Shown: positions 16,249 through 34,440 of the stretch, piece by piece
How positions within the stretch are numbered: the stretch's first letter is position 1
How the letters are laid out: every line of letters starts with the position of its first letter
Source of the DNA: Enterobacteria phage XTG1
Reading direction: 5' to 3' (one strand)
Sequence record: KT184316.1
DNA length: 64,000 nucleotides
Notes under the pieces: model-generated
The model's input: the letters and a program-made list of their open reading frames with translations, nothing else
Database searches by the model: none
Told to the model about the DNA's origin: nothing
Program-made: the position numbers and the translations under genes

Positions 16249-16647
16249 ATGAAAACAGAATCTAGAGTAATTAATGGCAAGAAAGTAAATATCGTTCTGC
16301 TTGGGGCAAGAGATGGTATTAAGATGTCTATGAAGTTGGGTAAAATTGTTGTTCCAACTTTTGCACAGATGCTATCAAGTCTGACTGACAAGGGTAAGAA
16401 GGAAGCTCCAATGGTTCCATTTAAAGAGCTTGTTGAAGCTTGTTTTGACAGAATTGAAGAAATTAACCTTGAAGAGATGGCTACCTTATTATTTCAAGGG
16501 GCAACTGTTGACGACTTCCCACTTAATATTGATACGTACTTCCAAGCAAACTACGGTGAGTTTATTGATTACTTAGCATTTGCGCTGGAGGCAAACTTCG
16601 GAAGTTTTTTCGAAGCAAGCATTTTCAAAAGCCTAACTTCTCAGTAA
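16249..16647 (+). CDS. Tail assembly chaperone
   Basis: 132-aa ORF between tube and tape measure. Confidence 0.5.
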   Translation: MKTESRVINGKKVNIVLLGARDGIKMSMKLGKIVVPTFAQMLSSLTDKGKKEAPMVPFKELVEACFDRIEEINLEEMATLLFQGATVDDFPLNIDTYFQANYGEFIDYLAFALEANFGSFFEASIFKSLTSQ

Positions 16648-16649
16648 AC

Positions 16650-16888
16650 ATGGGTAACACTCTACAGACACCACTAACTGATGCTGCTGTAGAGGCAACC
16701 TATGAAGAAGCAGACGAGATGAAATTTGTGCTTGCTATTTATGGTATGGAAGGGTGTAAAGAAACACTTGACCAACTCTTTGCTATGACATTCTCTGATT
16801 TATTATCATTGAGACAATTTCTTGAGATTCAGAGGTCGTATAAAGAGGAAATTGCTTACAACGAACTTAGAAGAGCAGGAAAAATGTA

Positions 16889-16889
<1 letters not shown>
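16650..16889 (+). CDS. Tail assembly chaperone, second ORF
   Basis: 79-aa ORF immediately before tape measure; a frameshift relation to the upstream ORF is possible but unverified. Confidence 0.45.
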
Positions 16890-24908
<8,019 letters not shown>

Positions 24909-24910
24909 TA

Positions 24911-26098
24911 ATGGCAGTAGGTGAAATTCAAATTAGTGCCTTGCCTCAAGCAGCCTTACCAATTGACCTTAGTGATATCTTCCATCTTAAACAAGGTATT
25001 GAGGATAAGAGATGCACTCTTGAGCAATTACTTGCTCCACACTCAAGCCTAAGAAATAACCCTCATGGTGTTACTAAAACACAAATTGGTTTAGATAACG
25101 TTATCAATGCTCTTCAGTTAGTTGCTGCAAATAACTTATCAGACGTTACTAATGTAGCTCAGGCAAGAGCAAATCTACAGATTATGTCTTCAGAAGAGGT
25201 TAATAATCTTGTTCAACAGCATATTCAGGACAAGAGCAACCCACATAATACAACTAAGGCACAGGTAGGATTGAGTAATGTTCAGAACTGGACAACATCT
25301 AACCTTTATAACGAAGATGCAGACAAGTACGCTACAGCAAGAGCAGTAAATAACTTGTACAAGGCTGTTCAGGCTTCTTATCCAGTAGGTACTATCCATC
25401 TTTCCATGAACTCTGCAAACCCTTCTACGTATTTAATTTGTGGAGGAACTTGGGAGTTAGTTTCAAAAGGTAGAGCATTGGTTGGTTATGACTCTGACAC
25501 AAGACCAGCAGGTTCTGTATTTGGTGCTTCAACTGTTACTTTGTCAGTTAATAACATGCCTCAACATTCACACTCCGTGTCTCTTAGTGGTGGTGGTCAC
25601 ACTCATAATGCAACTGTGTCAATTTCAGCTTTTGATTATGGAACTAAGACTACCAACTCTTTTGACTATGGAACAAAGACCACTAACACGACTGGTAACC
25701 ACAACCATGTTGGCAGTGGGTCAACAAGTGCTGCTGGTGCTCACAACCACAGATTGACCTATGAATCAGGTGGTGGTTTATCTGAAAGACCTGCAATGGT
25801 TTGGTCTTCAAGAAATGACCAATCATGGTACTCAGCAGATGCTGTCTGTGAAGTCGCTGGTGCTCACAGCCACTCTTTCAGTGTTACCACTAACACAACT
25901 GGTAACCACAACCATACGGTTGGTATTGGTGCTCACAGCCACACAGTTGGTATTGGTTCACATACACACAATGGTACTGTAACAGTTTCTTCTTCTGAAC
26001 ATACGCATAGCGGGAACACTAATAGTGTTGGTGGTGGACAAGCTTTCAACATTGAGCAGCCATCCTTTGTACTGTATGTATGGCAGAGAACAGCTTAA
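24911..26098 (+). CDS. Tail fibre protein 1 with His-x-His repeat C-terminal domain
   Basis: N-terminal repeated NPHGVTKTQIGL / NPHNTTKAQVGL units; C-terminal HSHS, GHTHN, NHNH, AHNH, AHSHS, NHNHT, AHSHT, SHTHN, EHTHS repeats; tandem FDYGTKTTN. Confidence 0.65.
   Translation: MAVGEIQISALPQAALPIDLSDIFHLKQGIEDKRCTLEQLLAPHSSLRNNPHGVTKTQIGLDNVINALQLVAANNLSDVTNVAQARANLQIMSSEEVNNLVQQHIQDKSNPHNTTKAQVGLSNVQNWTTSNLYNEDADKYATARAVNNLYKAVQASYPVGTIHLSMNSANPSTYLICGGTWELVSKGRALVGYDSDTRPAGSVFGASTVTLSVNNMPQHSHSVSLSGGGHTHNATVSISAFDYGTKTTNSFDYGTKTTNTTGNHNHVGSGSTSAAGAHNHRLTYESGGGLSERPAMVWSSRNDQSWYSADAVCEVAGAHSHSFSVTTNTTGNHNHTVGIGAHSHTVGIGSHTHNGTVTVSSSEHTHSGNTNSVGGGQAFNIEQPSFVLYVWQRTA
25630..25686 (+). repeat. 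Tandem direct repeat inside tail fibre 1 (encodes FDYGTKTTN twice)
   Basis: tttgattatggaactaagactaccaac followed by near-identical tttgactatggaacaaagaccactaac. Confidence 0.6.
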
Positions 26099-26107
26099 TT
26101 TCTTTAC

Positions 26108-26128
26108 AGGGGCTTGATAGCCCCTTTT
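26108..26128 (+). terminator. Hairpin terminator between the fibre genes
   Basis: aggggct-tgat-agcccct followed by ttt. Confidence 0.45.
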
Positions 26129-26144
26129 AAGAGGAAAATTTATA

Positions 26145-28529
26145 ATGGCAGATTACAAGTTGAGTGAATTAAACTCAATCGATACAATCCGTTCAGATGA
26201 CCTTCTTCATGTCAGAGTTAAAAAGAGACCTGAAATGCTTGGCGATGAAGACCGTCGAATGACCTATCAAGATTTCTTAGCATCTTTTAAACTTGAGAGA
26301 TTTGTTCAGATTGCTGGTAGCACTATGACAGGTGACTTAGGGATTGTTAAGTTACTTTATGGTGGTAAGGTAGTATTTAACCCAACAGGCTCTTCTGAGA
26401 TTAATATTGGGGATGTTTTAAAGACTTTTAAAATCAACGCAAATGGCCTTAAACTGACTATTGCAGACACTTCAAGGTCGGCAACTGTTTATCATACTCT
26501 GAATAAGCCAAGCCCTAATGAACTTGGGATGAGAACTAATGAAGAGAATGATGCAAGGTATGCAAGACTAGCTATCACAAACACATTCTCTGGAACTCAA
26601 AATATTCAAGGTGATGCTAACTTACTTCGCCTTAGAAACCAAAATGCAAATAATGCACAATATATCGAAGGTGTAAACCTAGATGGCTCGGCTAGATGGT
26701 GGGTTGGTATTGGTAGTAATGGCTCTGACGAAGTAAAGCTGTACAATAACAAATACAACTCAGCCTTGACTGTTGCAAGTAATGTCTCTGTTAATAAGTC
26801 TTTAGCAATCACTGGTCAAGTTCAACCTTCTGACTTCTCTAACTTAGATGCTAGATACTTTACTCAGACAGTAGCTAATCAGAGATTTGCACAGTTAGCT
26901 GCGAATAACAATTTCACTGGCACTAACACGTTTAGCAGAAACCTACTTATTATCAGTGACAGTGCTGCTTTAAGGTTGAAAAATGCAACAACTAGCTCAC
27001 TATTCATTCAGGGTGTTGACTCTCAGAACACTAACAGGTGGTATGTAGGGAACGGGGATAACACAGCCTCTGTGCTGCTACACAACTATGTACACGGTTC
27101 AAATATCAGACTTGATGATGGCTATATCTCAGTCAACCAGAACTTCAGAATCACTGGTCAAGTTCAACCTTCGGATTGGATTAATATTGACTCTAGATAT
27201 ATTCCGGCAGCAACTTTGAGTAACCTACCTAAGCTTAATGTTGCTAACACATTTGTGAATGTGCAAACTATTGTATCAAATAATGAAGGCGTAGTATTAA
27301 GAAACTTAACACAGGGGCAGCCACAATATATCCGTGGTGTTGATACCCAGAATGTATCTAGGTGGTGGGTAGGTGTGGGTGGCACAAATTCTACTGATGT
27401 GGCATTAAACAACAGCTACTCTGGGACTCAAATTACTCTTATGCCTTCAGCGATTAAGGCTAATAAGAACCTAACCATTACTGGTCAAGTTCAACCTTCT
27501 GATTGGTCTAACTTAGATGCTAGATATTTTGTTAAAACTCAGTTATTAAACCAATCCTTAATGACTGTTTCTGTAGATAACCTTGAAAACCCTTCAGGTT
27601 TTAATCTTGGATATTCAGGTTTTGTCAGAAACAATCAGGTTGCTAGTGGACTGAGAGAATTGGCAATTCATGTTGCTCACTCTAATAAGACTGCTGCACA
27701 TGCAAGAGGAATCTCTTTTGTGTATGGCTCAAATGGACTGGCAACATTTACCTATGCCTATGACAAAAATGGTGACTATGCCGGAGAGGCACAGCTTTAC
27801 ACAACTGATTTTAAACCAACCCCTTCAGATATCGGTGCATACACTAAAGCTGAAACTGACCAGAAGATTGCACAGGCAGTAAGTGACTCTACAGACCTTA
27901 ATAAAATCTACCCAGTTGGTATTGTAACGTGGTTTAACAGTAATGTTGACCCTAACACAGCGTTGCCTGGGTTAACTTGGACGTACCTGAATAATGGTGT
28001 TGGTAGAACTATCAGGATTGCAGCAGCAAACGGTTCAGATGTTGCTACAACAGGTGGTTCAGATTCTGTGACGTTAGCTGTTGGTAACTTGCCATCACAC
28101 ACTCATAGTTTCTCTGCTACCACTTCATCTTTTGATTATGGTACGAAGAACACTAATAGTACTGGTGGTCATACTCACTCTGTAAGTGGTACAACAAGTG
28201 CTGCTGGTAACCACGCCCACCACTTAGGTCTGCTATTGGTTAATGGTGGTGATGCTCAGTATGGTTACACAACTGTTAGCAACAGCAAGACAAGAACTCT
28301 TGACTGGCTTGATAGAAAAGATAACAAATTCCCTAACACTAACACAACTGGTAACCATACACACACATGGTCTGGTACTACAAGTAACACTGGTGCTCAC
28401 ACCCACTCTGTAGGTATCGGTGCTCACACTCATACAGTTAGTGGTAACACTGGTGGTACAGGTTCTGGTTCAGCATTCAGTGTTACTAACCAGTTCTACA
28501 AGTTAATGGCTTGGGTAAGAACTGCTTAA
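26145..28529 (+). CDS. Tail fibre protein 2 (794 aa) with three about 90-aa repeats and HxH-rich C-terminal domain
   Basis: Repeats ending ITGQVQPSD(F/W)SNLDARYF; C-terminal HTHSFS, GHTHSVS, NHAHH, NHTHTW, AHTHSV, AHTHTV; shares FDYGTK and terminal W-x-RTA with fibre 1. Confidence 0.65.
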   Translation: MADYKLSELNSIDTIRSDDLLHVRVKKRPEMLGDEDRRMTYQDFLASFKLERFVQIAGSTMTGDLGIVKLLYGGKVVFNPTGSSEINIGDVLKTFKINANGLKLTIADTSRSATVYHTLNKPSPNELGMRTNEENDARYARLAITNTFSGTQNIQGDANLLRLRNQNANNAQYIEGVNLDGSARWWVGIGSNGSDEVKLYNNKYNSALTVASNVSVNKSLAITGQVQPSDFSNLDARYFTQTVANQRFAQLAANNNFTGTNTFSRNLLIISDSAALRLKNATTSSLFIQGVDSQNTNRWYVGNGDNTASVLLHNYVHGSNIRLDDGYISVNQNFRITGQVQPSDWINIDSRYIPAATLSNLPKLNVANTFVNVQTIVSNNEGVVLRNLTQGQPQYIRGVDTQNVSRWWVGVGGTNSTDVALNNSYSGTQITLMPSAIKANKNLTITGQVQPSDWSNLDARYFVKTQLLNQSLMTVSVDNLENPSGFNLGYSGFVRNNQVASGLRELAIHVAHSNKTAAHARGISFVYGSNGLATFTYAYDKNGDYAGEAQLYTTDFKPTPSDIGAYTKAETDQKIAQAVSDSTDLNKIYPVGIVTWFNSNVDPNTALPGLTWTYLNNGVGRTIRIAAANGSDVATTGGSDSVTLAVGNLPSHTHSFSATTSSFDYGTKNTNSTGGHTHSVSGTTSAAGNHAHHLGLLLVNGGDAQYGYTTVSNSKTRTLDWLDRKDNKFPNTNTTGNHTHTWSGTTSNTGAHTHSVGIGAHTHTVSGNTGGTGSGSAFSVTNQFYKLMAWVRTA

Positions 28530-28536
28530 TCCCTTG

Positions 28537-28565
28537 TTGACTGATTGTTAAGATGGTGTTAATAT
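28537..28565 (+). promoter_or_regulatory. Sigma70-like promoter (TTGACT, 17-bp spacer, TAATAT) overlapped by a 9-bp inverted repeat
   Basis: ttgact 28537-28542, 17-nt spacer, taatat 28560-28565; inverted repeat aagatggtg/caccatctt spans the -10. Confidence 0.5.
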
Positions 28566-28608
28566 TCTTTATGGGTATTCTCACCATCTTGGCTGATGAG
28601 GTGATTAA

Positions 28609-28806
28609 ATGCCTACAATCCTAGCAATTCTTCTAAAAAATCTAGGTAGCTTCTTCTGGAAACTCATTTTATCCCTTCTAAGTGAATACATGATTGAGAA
28701 AGTGTTCTTTAGGCTTGCAAGATACCTTGCGAGTAAAACAGACACACCTATTGATGATGAGTTCGTAGATAACTTAGAAAAAGCTTTTAAGGGGGAGAAT
28801 AAATGA
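28609..28806 (+). CDS. Small hydrophobic protein (65 aa), possible membrane/lysis-associated
   Basis: N-terminal hydrophobic segment ILAILLKNLGSFFWKLILSLL; located at end of late module after a promoter. Confidence 0.4.
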   Translation: MPTILAILLKNLGSFFWKLILSLLSEYMIEKVFFRLARYLASKTDTPIDDEFVDNLEKAFKGENK

Positions 28807-29174
28807 AGTGGCTAGAGGAAGCTTTTAAAAATAATATTGGTGCAATTGTAGTTGGTATTTTTAGTGTTATTGGGATGTATACCACCATGCAAGTCTCGGA
28901 TGGTAAGCAAGAAGTGTCTGTCACAACAAAGTTACAGCAGTTAGATAATTATTCCAAAAGTAACTATTCAGCTATTCGTGATTTACAGTCTGACATGAGA
29001 CTGATTCAGCTAGGGATGGAGAACCAGAAAGTTCAGTTAGAGAATGTTAAGGGTGAAAACGCAAAACTTACCAAAACTCTTGATAAATTCTCTGACAGTG
29101 TGAACAATCTGGCTCAATCAGTATCAGCCCTCCAAGCTATTACTGAAAAGAACACAAAGAATACTGAAAGATAA
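28803..29174 (+). CDS. Membrane-anchored coiled-coil protein (123 aa), i-spanin-like architecture
   Basis: N-terminal TM helix IGAIVVGIFSVIGMYTT followed by a polar coiled-coil region; architecture only. Confidence 0.35.
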   Translation: MKWLEEAFKNNIGAIVVGIFSVIGMYTTMQVSDGKQEVSVTTKLQQLDNYSKSNYSAIRDLQSDMRLIQLGMENQKVQLENVKGENAKLTKTLDKFSDSVNNLAQSVSALQAITEKNTKNTER

Positions 29175-29179
29175 AATTT

Positions 29180-29207
29180 AAGGCTCCTTTTTACGGGAGC
29201 CTTTTTT
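29180..29207. terminator. Bidirectional terminator between convergent late and early transcription units
   Basis: aggctcc-tttttacg-ggagcc followed by tttttt; lies between stops of convergent genes at 29174 and 29211. Confidence 0.6.
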
Positions 29208-29210
29208 GTT

Positions 29211-30110
29211 TTACTTGCCTACTGACAGAGGTGCTTCAATCTTCCCTGCATGTTGGTAGTTGTTAATTCCACCAATAAAGTCACTTGCAGTAAGATGTTT
29301 TAAGTCACTTAAAGTGTTAAGCTGTACACCAATCTCAAAAGTAGGTGCATGGAACTCTTCATTGTTCATCAGTTCATAAACCTGCTTCATATGGTTCTGA
29401 TAAATCTGAGTATCTCCAAAGACACCTATCAAGTACCGTGGAGTGTATCCAGTCATCTTGCAAAGAACTTCTAAGATGAAGCCATAAGACGCAATGTTAA
29501 ACGGAAGTCCTAAAAAGGTGTCTACAGAACGCTGATACCATTGCAAATCCACTTCACCTTCATTAGTGATATAAATCTGAAACAGAACATGACAAGGTGC
29601 TAAAGCCATTGAGTTTGCTGCAATATCTGCTGCATTCCAAGCATTAACAAGCATGTAACGGTCTGTGATATCACCCTTCATCTTCGTTACTAAGGTCTCT
29701 AACTGGTCTACAACACAACCATTATGACCTTCGAAGTTTCTCCACTGGACCCCATAGATTCTCCCACCTGCATCTTCTAACCAATCTTGTTCAGAAGAAT
29801 AATTAGAACTTAACCATCGTTTAAAATCATCTGACCAGATAGTCCAGCGTTTCCCATCATTTTCACCCCAAGTACGGTAACGAAGTTCACCAAGTTTATT
29901 CTCACCATTCAGGAACCATAAAGCTTCCCCAATGACTTGCCGTGTAAACACCTGTTTAGATGTTAAGAGCGGGAAACCAGTTCGCATATCAAAACGAAAC
30001 TGAGGTGGAGCAAATGCAGAGATAACATCTCCAGTTCGTGTAGTACGCAGTTCACCAACGGATAAAACATGGTTCAGGATATTTTTGTAACTTGAATCTG
30101 CTTGTGACAT
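29211..30110 (-). CDS. thyA: Thymidylate synthase
   Basis: FPLLTSK, NAWNAADI, LAPCH catalytic Cys, QRSVDTFLGLPFNIASY (Asn retained, consistent with dUMP substrate). Confidence 0.85.
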   Translation of the reverse strand: MSQADSSYKNILNHVLSVGELRTTRTGDVISAFAPPQFRFDMRTGFPLLTSKQVFTRQVIGEALWFLNGENKLGELRYRTWGENDGKRWTIWSDDFKRWLSSNYSSEQDWLEDAGGRIYGVQWRNFEGHNGCVVDQLETLVTKMKGDITDRYMLVNAWNAADIAANSMALAPCHVLFQIYITNEGEVDLQWYQRSVDTFLGLPFNIASYGFILEVLCKMTGYTPRYLIGVFGDTQIYQNHMKQVYELMNNEEFHAPTFEIGVQLNTLSDLKHLTASDFIGGINNYQHAGKIEAPLSVGK

Positions 30111-30111
30111 A

Positions 30112-30657
30112 TCAAAAGTGTCCTTTTACTTGTGGAACATAAATTTCAAAAGTTGCTTTACTATCCTCTGATGGTTTTGACTGTACCTTTGTAAATACAC
30201 GGTTATCATACAGCTTCTCAAAGAAGTTTTCAAAAGGTAAATGCACAGTGGCCTCTTCAGTAACTTTATGGAAGACTGTATGGAACACCACACCAGCATA
30301 CGGTAAAGCATTGACAAGGACACCTGCACCACCAATTACAAAGACATCTTCATCAATAGAGCTATCAAGATACTTCAAAAATGCTCCAAATGACTCTTTA
30401 CTGGCTTTAGCATACATTACATCATCTTTGCCAAAGTCTATACCTAAGTGTGGTACAGAGTTTGTTAAGATGAGGTTTGCACGTTCTGGTAAAGGCTTAC
30501 TCCCCAGAGTCTTGAAAGTCTCATTACCCATCACTACTAAGTTGTTTTTAGTGAGTCTCTTAAACTCTTGCATATCTTGCTTATGTCGAGGCCACGGCAT
30601 ACCAGTCGGTGTACCAAATTCACCGTTTTCACCACTTGCAAATATTAGTTTAATCAT
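30112..30657 (-). CDS. folA: Dihydrofolate reductase
   Basis: MIKLIFA..GENGEFG..GMPW ... VVMGNETFKTLG ... LILTN; adjacent to thyA. Confidence 0.8.
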   Translation of the reverse strand: MIKLIFASGENGEFGTPTGMPWPRHKQDMQEFKRLTKNNLVVMGNETFKTLGSKPLPERANLILTNSVPHLGIDFGKDDVMYAKASKESFGAFLKYLDSSIDEDVFVIGGAGVLVNALPYAGVVFHTVFHKVTEEATVHLPFENFFEKLYDNRVFTKVQSKPSEDSKATFEIYVPQVKGHF

Positions 30658-30914
30658 TTTGTAAACCCTTTCTTAATGAACCAGTTGATGACACTCTTCA
30701 CAACTTTACTACGATGGTAGATAAAATGTGGAGATGGTTGGTATGAACCATAAGCCCAGAAAGCGATAATTTCATTACACCCTGTGCATCGGGTACTTTC
30801 TTCAGCAATATGACCGTTGACTATTTCACTTACCTCACCTTGTAAGTCTGTACACCCACAATGTGGACAACGGATAGGTGTTCCATCAGACTCATAGCAG
30901 TGTTCAATTTTCAT
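30654..30914 (-). CDS. Small zinc-ribbon protein (86 aa)
   Basis: CPHCGC ... CTGC cysteine pairs. Confidence 0.45.
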   Translation of the reverse strand: MKIEHCYESDGTPIRCPHCGCTDLQGEVSEIVNGHIAEESTRCTGCNEIIAFWAYGSYQPSPHFIYHRSKVVKSVINWFIKKGFTK

Positions 30915-31430
30915 CTATTTAACCTCAAAAACTGGCTCAAGAACCAATATAAAGTCTACACAGTCATCTTCTTCATCCAGAATACCATCAAAGTTCTTAG
31001 GAACGAAGTCGAAGAGGCTCATAACAAAACAGTCAGAAGTGACCTTGATAGTTCCTCCCATGTTCTCTACAGTCAACACTGTACGACTTTCTTTTACCTC
31101 CCTCAGAAGATTACCCACAAAGTCATCTAAGAAGTACTTCATCAATGACTTAAAACCTTTAGGATAATCTGTACCAGAGTATGTTTCAATCTGAGGTACA
31201 AGCTTAACATTTATATTGGTCTTTGTTAAGAATGCACTAGAGAACATACTATCAGGTAGCTTACAAACAGTCTTTCCAGTACCTTCATGTTCAATCTCAA
31301 CAAAACCAGCTTCATCGCCACATGTAACTATTTTAAAAGATGCTTCATTCTCATACTGTGAAGCCATAAACTTTTTAAGCATCGTTTTAAGGAAATCTGC
31401 ATGGGCATCTTGTAAGAATATATCAATCAT
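30915..31430 (-). CDS. Hypothetical protein (171 aa)
   Basis: Intact ORF in early operon. Confidence 0.5.
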   Translation of the reverse strand: MIDIFLQDAHADFLKTMLKKFMASQYENEASFKIVTCGDEAGFVEIEHEGTGKTVCKLPDSMFSSAFLTKTNINVKLVPQIETYSGTDYPKGFKSLMKYFLDDFVGNLLREVKESRTVLTVENMGGTIKVTSDCFVMSLFDFVPKNFDGILDEEDDCVDFILVLEPVFEVK

Positions 31431-31443
31431 AGTTAATCACCTA

Positions 31444-31803
31444 TTATGGGAACAGACACTTTATGTCATCGTTTTTAAAAACAAAACTTGTGTAGTTGTG
31501 ACCGTCAACATCCAGCCAAACAGCCTGAACATCTACACCATCAAGATTGTGGTAAAGCTCTTTGATGAAGTGGTCTTTCACAATCTGGCTGCTAGTTGTT
31601 TCCAGCTTAATGTTAGATATTGCTGAACCTACAGCCATATAACCCATGACACGTTTCTTCTCAGTATGCTTAATCTTACCATCTTTGTAAGCCATAATGA
31701 GATTGGAAAGAATCTTCACACCATAATACTTTTCAAGGTGAGTAGGTACGCCATAAAAGCCTAATGCGAAGTTTTCAGAGTGGATAATGTTTTCACGTTT
31801 CAT
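31444..31803 (-). CDS. Hypothetical protein (119 aa)
   Basis: Intact ORF in early operon. Confidence 0.5.
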   Translation of the reverse strand: MKRENIIHSENFALGFYGVPTHLEKYYGVKILSNLIMAYKDGKIKHTEKKRVMGYMAVGSAISNIKLETTSSQIVKDHFIKELYHNLDGVDVQAVWLDVDGHNYTSFVFKNDDIKCLFP

Positions 31804-31804
31804 A

Positions 31805-32134
31805 TTAATCTGCCAACCTTAAATTGAAATTAACACCAAATTTTTCACATACTTCCAACATATACTCAAGGGAGACGTTACCAGTGAGATGGATTATGTT
31901 GGACACACGAGCCTGAGAGATACCACAAATTTTAGCAACTTGCTCTTGAGAAAGACCTCTGGATTTAATCTCTCTCTTAAAACGATGTGCAACGAAGTCT
32001 CTCATTTCGTCTACATCCATTGGACAAATATAACTCTCCATTTCAGCCTCTCTATCAGCCTCCCAATCATCTTGTGGAGCATAAGGGTCAAAAACCTCAT
32101 TCATCTTTCTTCTTCCGTTTGCGTGAAGTATCAA
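31805..32134 (-). CDS. Helix-turn-helix DNA-binding protein (XRE-like)
   Basis: C-terminal LSQEQVAKICGISQARVSNI helix-turn-helix-like segment. Confidence 0.55.
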   Translation of the reverse strand: MILHANGRRKMNEVFDPYAPQDDWEADREAEMESYICPMDVDEMRDFVAHRFKREIKSRGLSQEQVAKICGISQARVSNIIHLTGNVSLEYMLEVCEKFGVNFNLRLAD

Positions 32135-32309
32135 TTAATGAGTCTATGTTTGTAGCTCTGACCTTTTCACGTTCATCATTAAGATAATCGTCAAGAGCCT
32201 TTTCAATCTGTGAATCATCCTGACAGATGACTGTAAAGACTGTAAAGCCGTCTGTATCGTCAATTATCTTACCATAACCGCTTCTGGGATGTAACTTTTT
32301 AAGAGCCAT
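32097..32309 (-). CDS. Hypothetical protein (70 aa)
   Basis: Small ORF ending in a basic tail. Confidence 0.4.
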   Translation of the reverse strand: MALKKLHPRSGYGKIIDDTDGFTVFTVICQDDSQIEKALDDYLNDEREKVRATNIDSLIDTSRKRKKKDE

Positions 32310-32310
32310 A

Positions 32311-32694
32311 TCAAATACCTGTGCAGCTTCTGTTTTCTAAGAAATACTCAACACCATACATAGCTTTTTGCATCAAATCTTCTTTAAACTGGATACGATG
32401 ATTGAGCATAGCCTGTACATCAATATCATCAGGGTGCTTCTCTTTAATATTTGCAGATTGCAGGAAATACTCTGCAAGAACACGATACTGATAGTCAGTT
32501 ACCTTATCAGTCATCTCTGTTAAAGACTCTTCAGAGATTGGTTTCAGTAGCTCACCATTAGCTAGAGCAACACCTTTTACAATCTGACAAGTATCCTCTG
32601 GGACACCTGATAAGTTCACATTTGGCAGTTCTGTTGCATTGACTGGTAAATTCATTGCCATAATCATTGCAGCAGCCAATAAAATCTTTTTCAT
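32311..32694 (-). CDS. Secreted/periplasmic hypothetical protein
   Basis: N-terminal signal peptide MKKILLAAAMIMAMNLPVNA. Confidence 0.5.
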   Translation of the reverse strand: MKKILLAAAMIMAMNLPVNATELPNVNLSGVPEDTCQIVKGVALANGELLKPISEESLTEMTDKVTDYQYRVLAEYFLQSANIKEKHPDDIDVQAMLNHRIQFKEDLMQKAMYGVEYFLENRSCTGI

Positions 32695-32799
32695 AATGAC
32701 CTCAAAGTTATATTAAATTTTGTATTACGTTGAGTATAAAAATAAGCTATAACACCTGACTTGTCAACAGATTTTATAGCTTATTTGGCAGATTTTTTA

Positions 32800-33040
32800 T
32801 AAGGCTACTGCCATCCTTCCATACCTTACCTTACCACACCTAACCATACCTAACCAAACTACACCATACAATACCTTGTTAAAAGACCCTTTTAAAGACC
32901 TTTTAAAAAGGTAAGTCTCATTTTAATGTAGCTGAGACTAACTACCCGCACTGAACCCGACCTTACCGAACCCTACCTCACAACACACCACCATACCGGA
33001 CAAAACAGCACCTTATTAAAAGACCCTGTTTAAAGACCTT
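32800..33040. repeat. Composite intergenic repeat, copy A (pentamer array plus conserved about 75-nt block)
   Basis: ggctactgccatcc, then CCTTACC/CCTAACC/CATACC array, ttaaaagaccc-ttttaaagacc-ttttaaaaagg, gtaagtctcattttaatgtagctgagactaactaccc; shared with 34195-34440. Confidence 0.6.
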
Positions 33041-33066
33041 TTAAAAAGGAGCCTCCGAAGAGGCTA
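33041..33066 (-). terminator. Rho-independent terminator on the minus strand (UUCG tetraloop)
   Basis: Minus-strand reading agcctc-ttcg-gaggct followed by a T-run; lies just downstream of minus-strand gene ending at 33077. Confidence 0.55.
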
Positions 33067-33076
33067 CCTAGTCAAC

Positions 33077-33517
33077 TTAGAAAGGTTTTCTACGTTGCTT
33101 GTTAATGTTAGCTTTCATAGCAGCTAAATGGTTTTGCTGTTCAATCAGTCGTGAGCGTTCTTGATGGCTAAGTGCCATAGTGTTCACATTCTCAATCGCT
33201 TGAGTGGCTTGCTTTAAAGCTCGACCAATCTTGCCAGACATTTTACGTTTTGCAATAGTTGCTTGATGCTTAGGTTCAACCACACGATAACCAACACCCA
33301 TTGAAGCAACCAGATAAATCTTCTCTTCTTTAAGAAGCTTCTCAATAAACTTCTCAAGTCGGTTTAGACGTGTAAGCGCATAAGCCTTCATTTCATCTTC
33401 GTACTTAACAATGTCACCTTGATAAGTTGGCTTCACAATACCTAAGAAGGTGTCCATCTCAGAATGTGATACAGTGTCACCGTAACTGAACTTTGCTGCT
33501 AATGCTTTTGTATTCAT
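33077..33517 (-). CDS. Hypothetical protein (146 aa)
   Basis: Intact ORF flanked by the composite repeats. Confidence 0.5.
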   Translation of the reverse strand: MNTKALAAKFSYGDTVSHSEMDTFLGIVKPTYQGDIVKYEDEMKAYALTRLNRLEKFIEKLLKEEKIYLVASMGVGYRVVEPKHQATIAKRKMSGKIGRALKQATQAIENVNTMALSHQERSRLIEQQNHLAAMKANINKQRRKPF

Positions 33518-33519
33518 AA

Positions 33520-34125
<606 letters not shown>

Positions 34126-34194
34126 TTAGTTGATTGTTAAGTTGTTTGTAAAGAACCCTCAATAGAAGACTCTTTAGAAACTTGGTAGATTTTT

Positions 34195-34440
34195 AATGTG
34201 GCTACTACCATCCACCCATACCTTACCGAACCTTACCCTACCCTACCAAAACGCACCTAACCTAACCGGACACTACCTTATTAAAAGACCCTGTTTAAAG
34301 GCCTTTTAAAAAGGTAAGTCTCATTTTAATGTAGCTGAGACTAACTACCCATACTTTACCTGACCGAACTAGACCCTACCTCACCAGACATAACCGCGCC
34401 AAACCTTACCGCGCCATACATCACTTAAAAACCCTCTTAA
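34195..34440. repeat. Composite intergenic repeat, copy B
   Basis: gctactaccatcc, CCTTACC/CCTACC/CCTAACC array, ccttattaaaagaccctgtttaaaggccttttaaaaaggtaagtctcattttaatgtagctgagactaactaccc nearly identical to copy A. Confidence 0.6.

Noticed and set aside
25482-25982. Two plus-strand ORFs (91 and 73 aa) inside tail fibre 1
   Set aside because: Alternative-frame ORFs created by the repetitive His-codon-rich fibre sequence; Leu/Val-rich nonsense translations.
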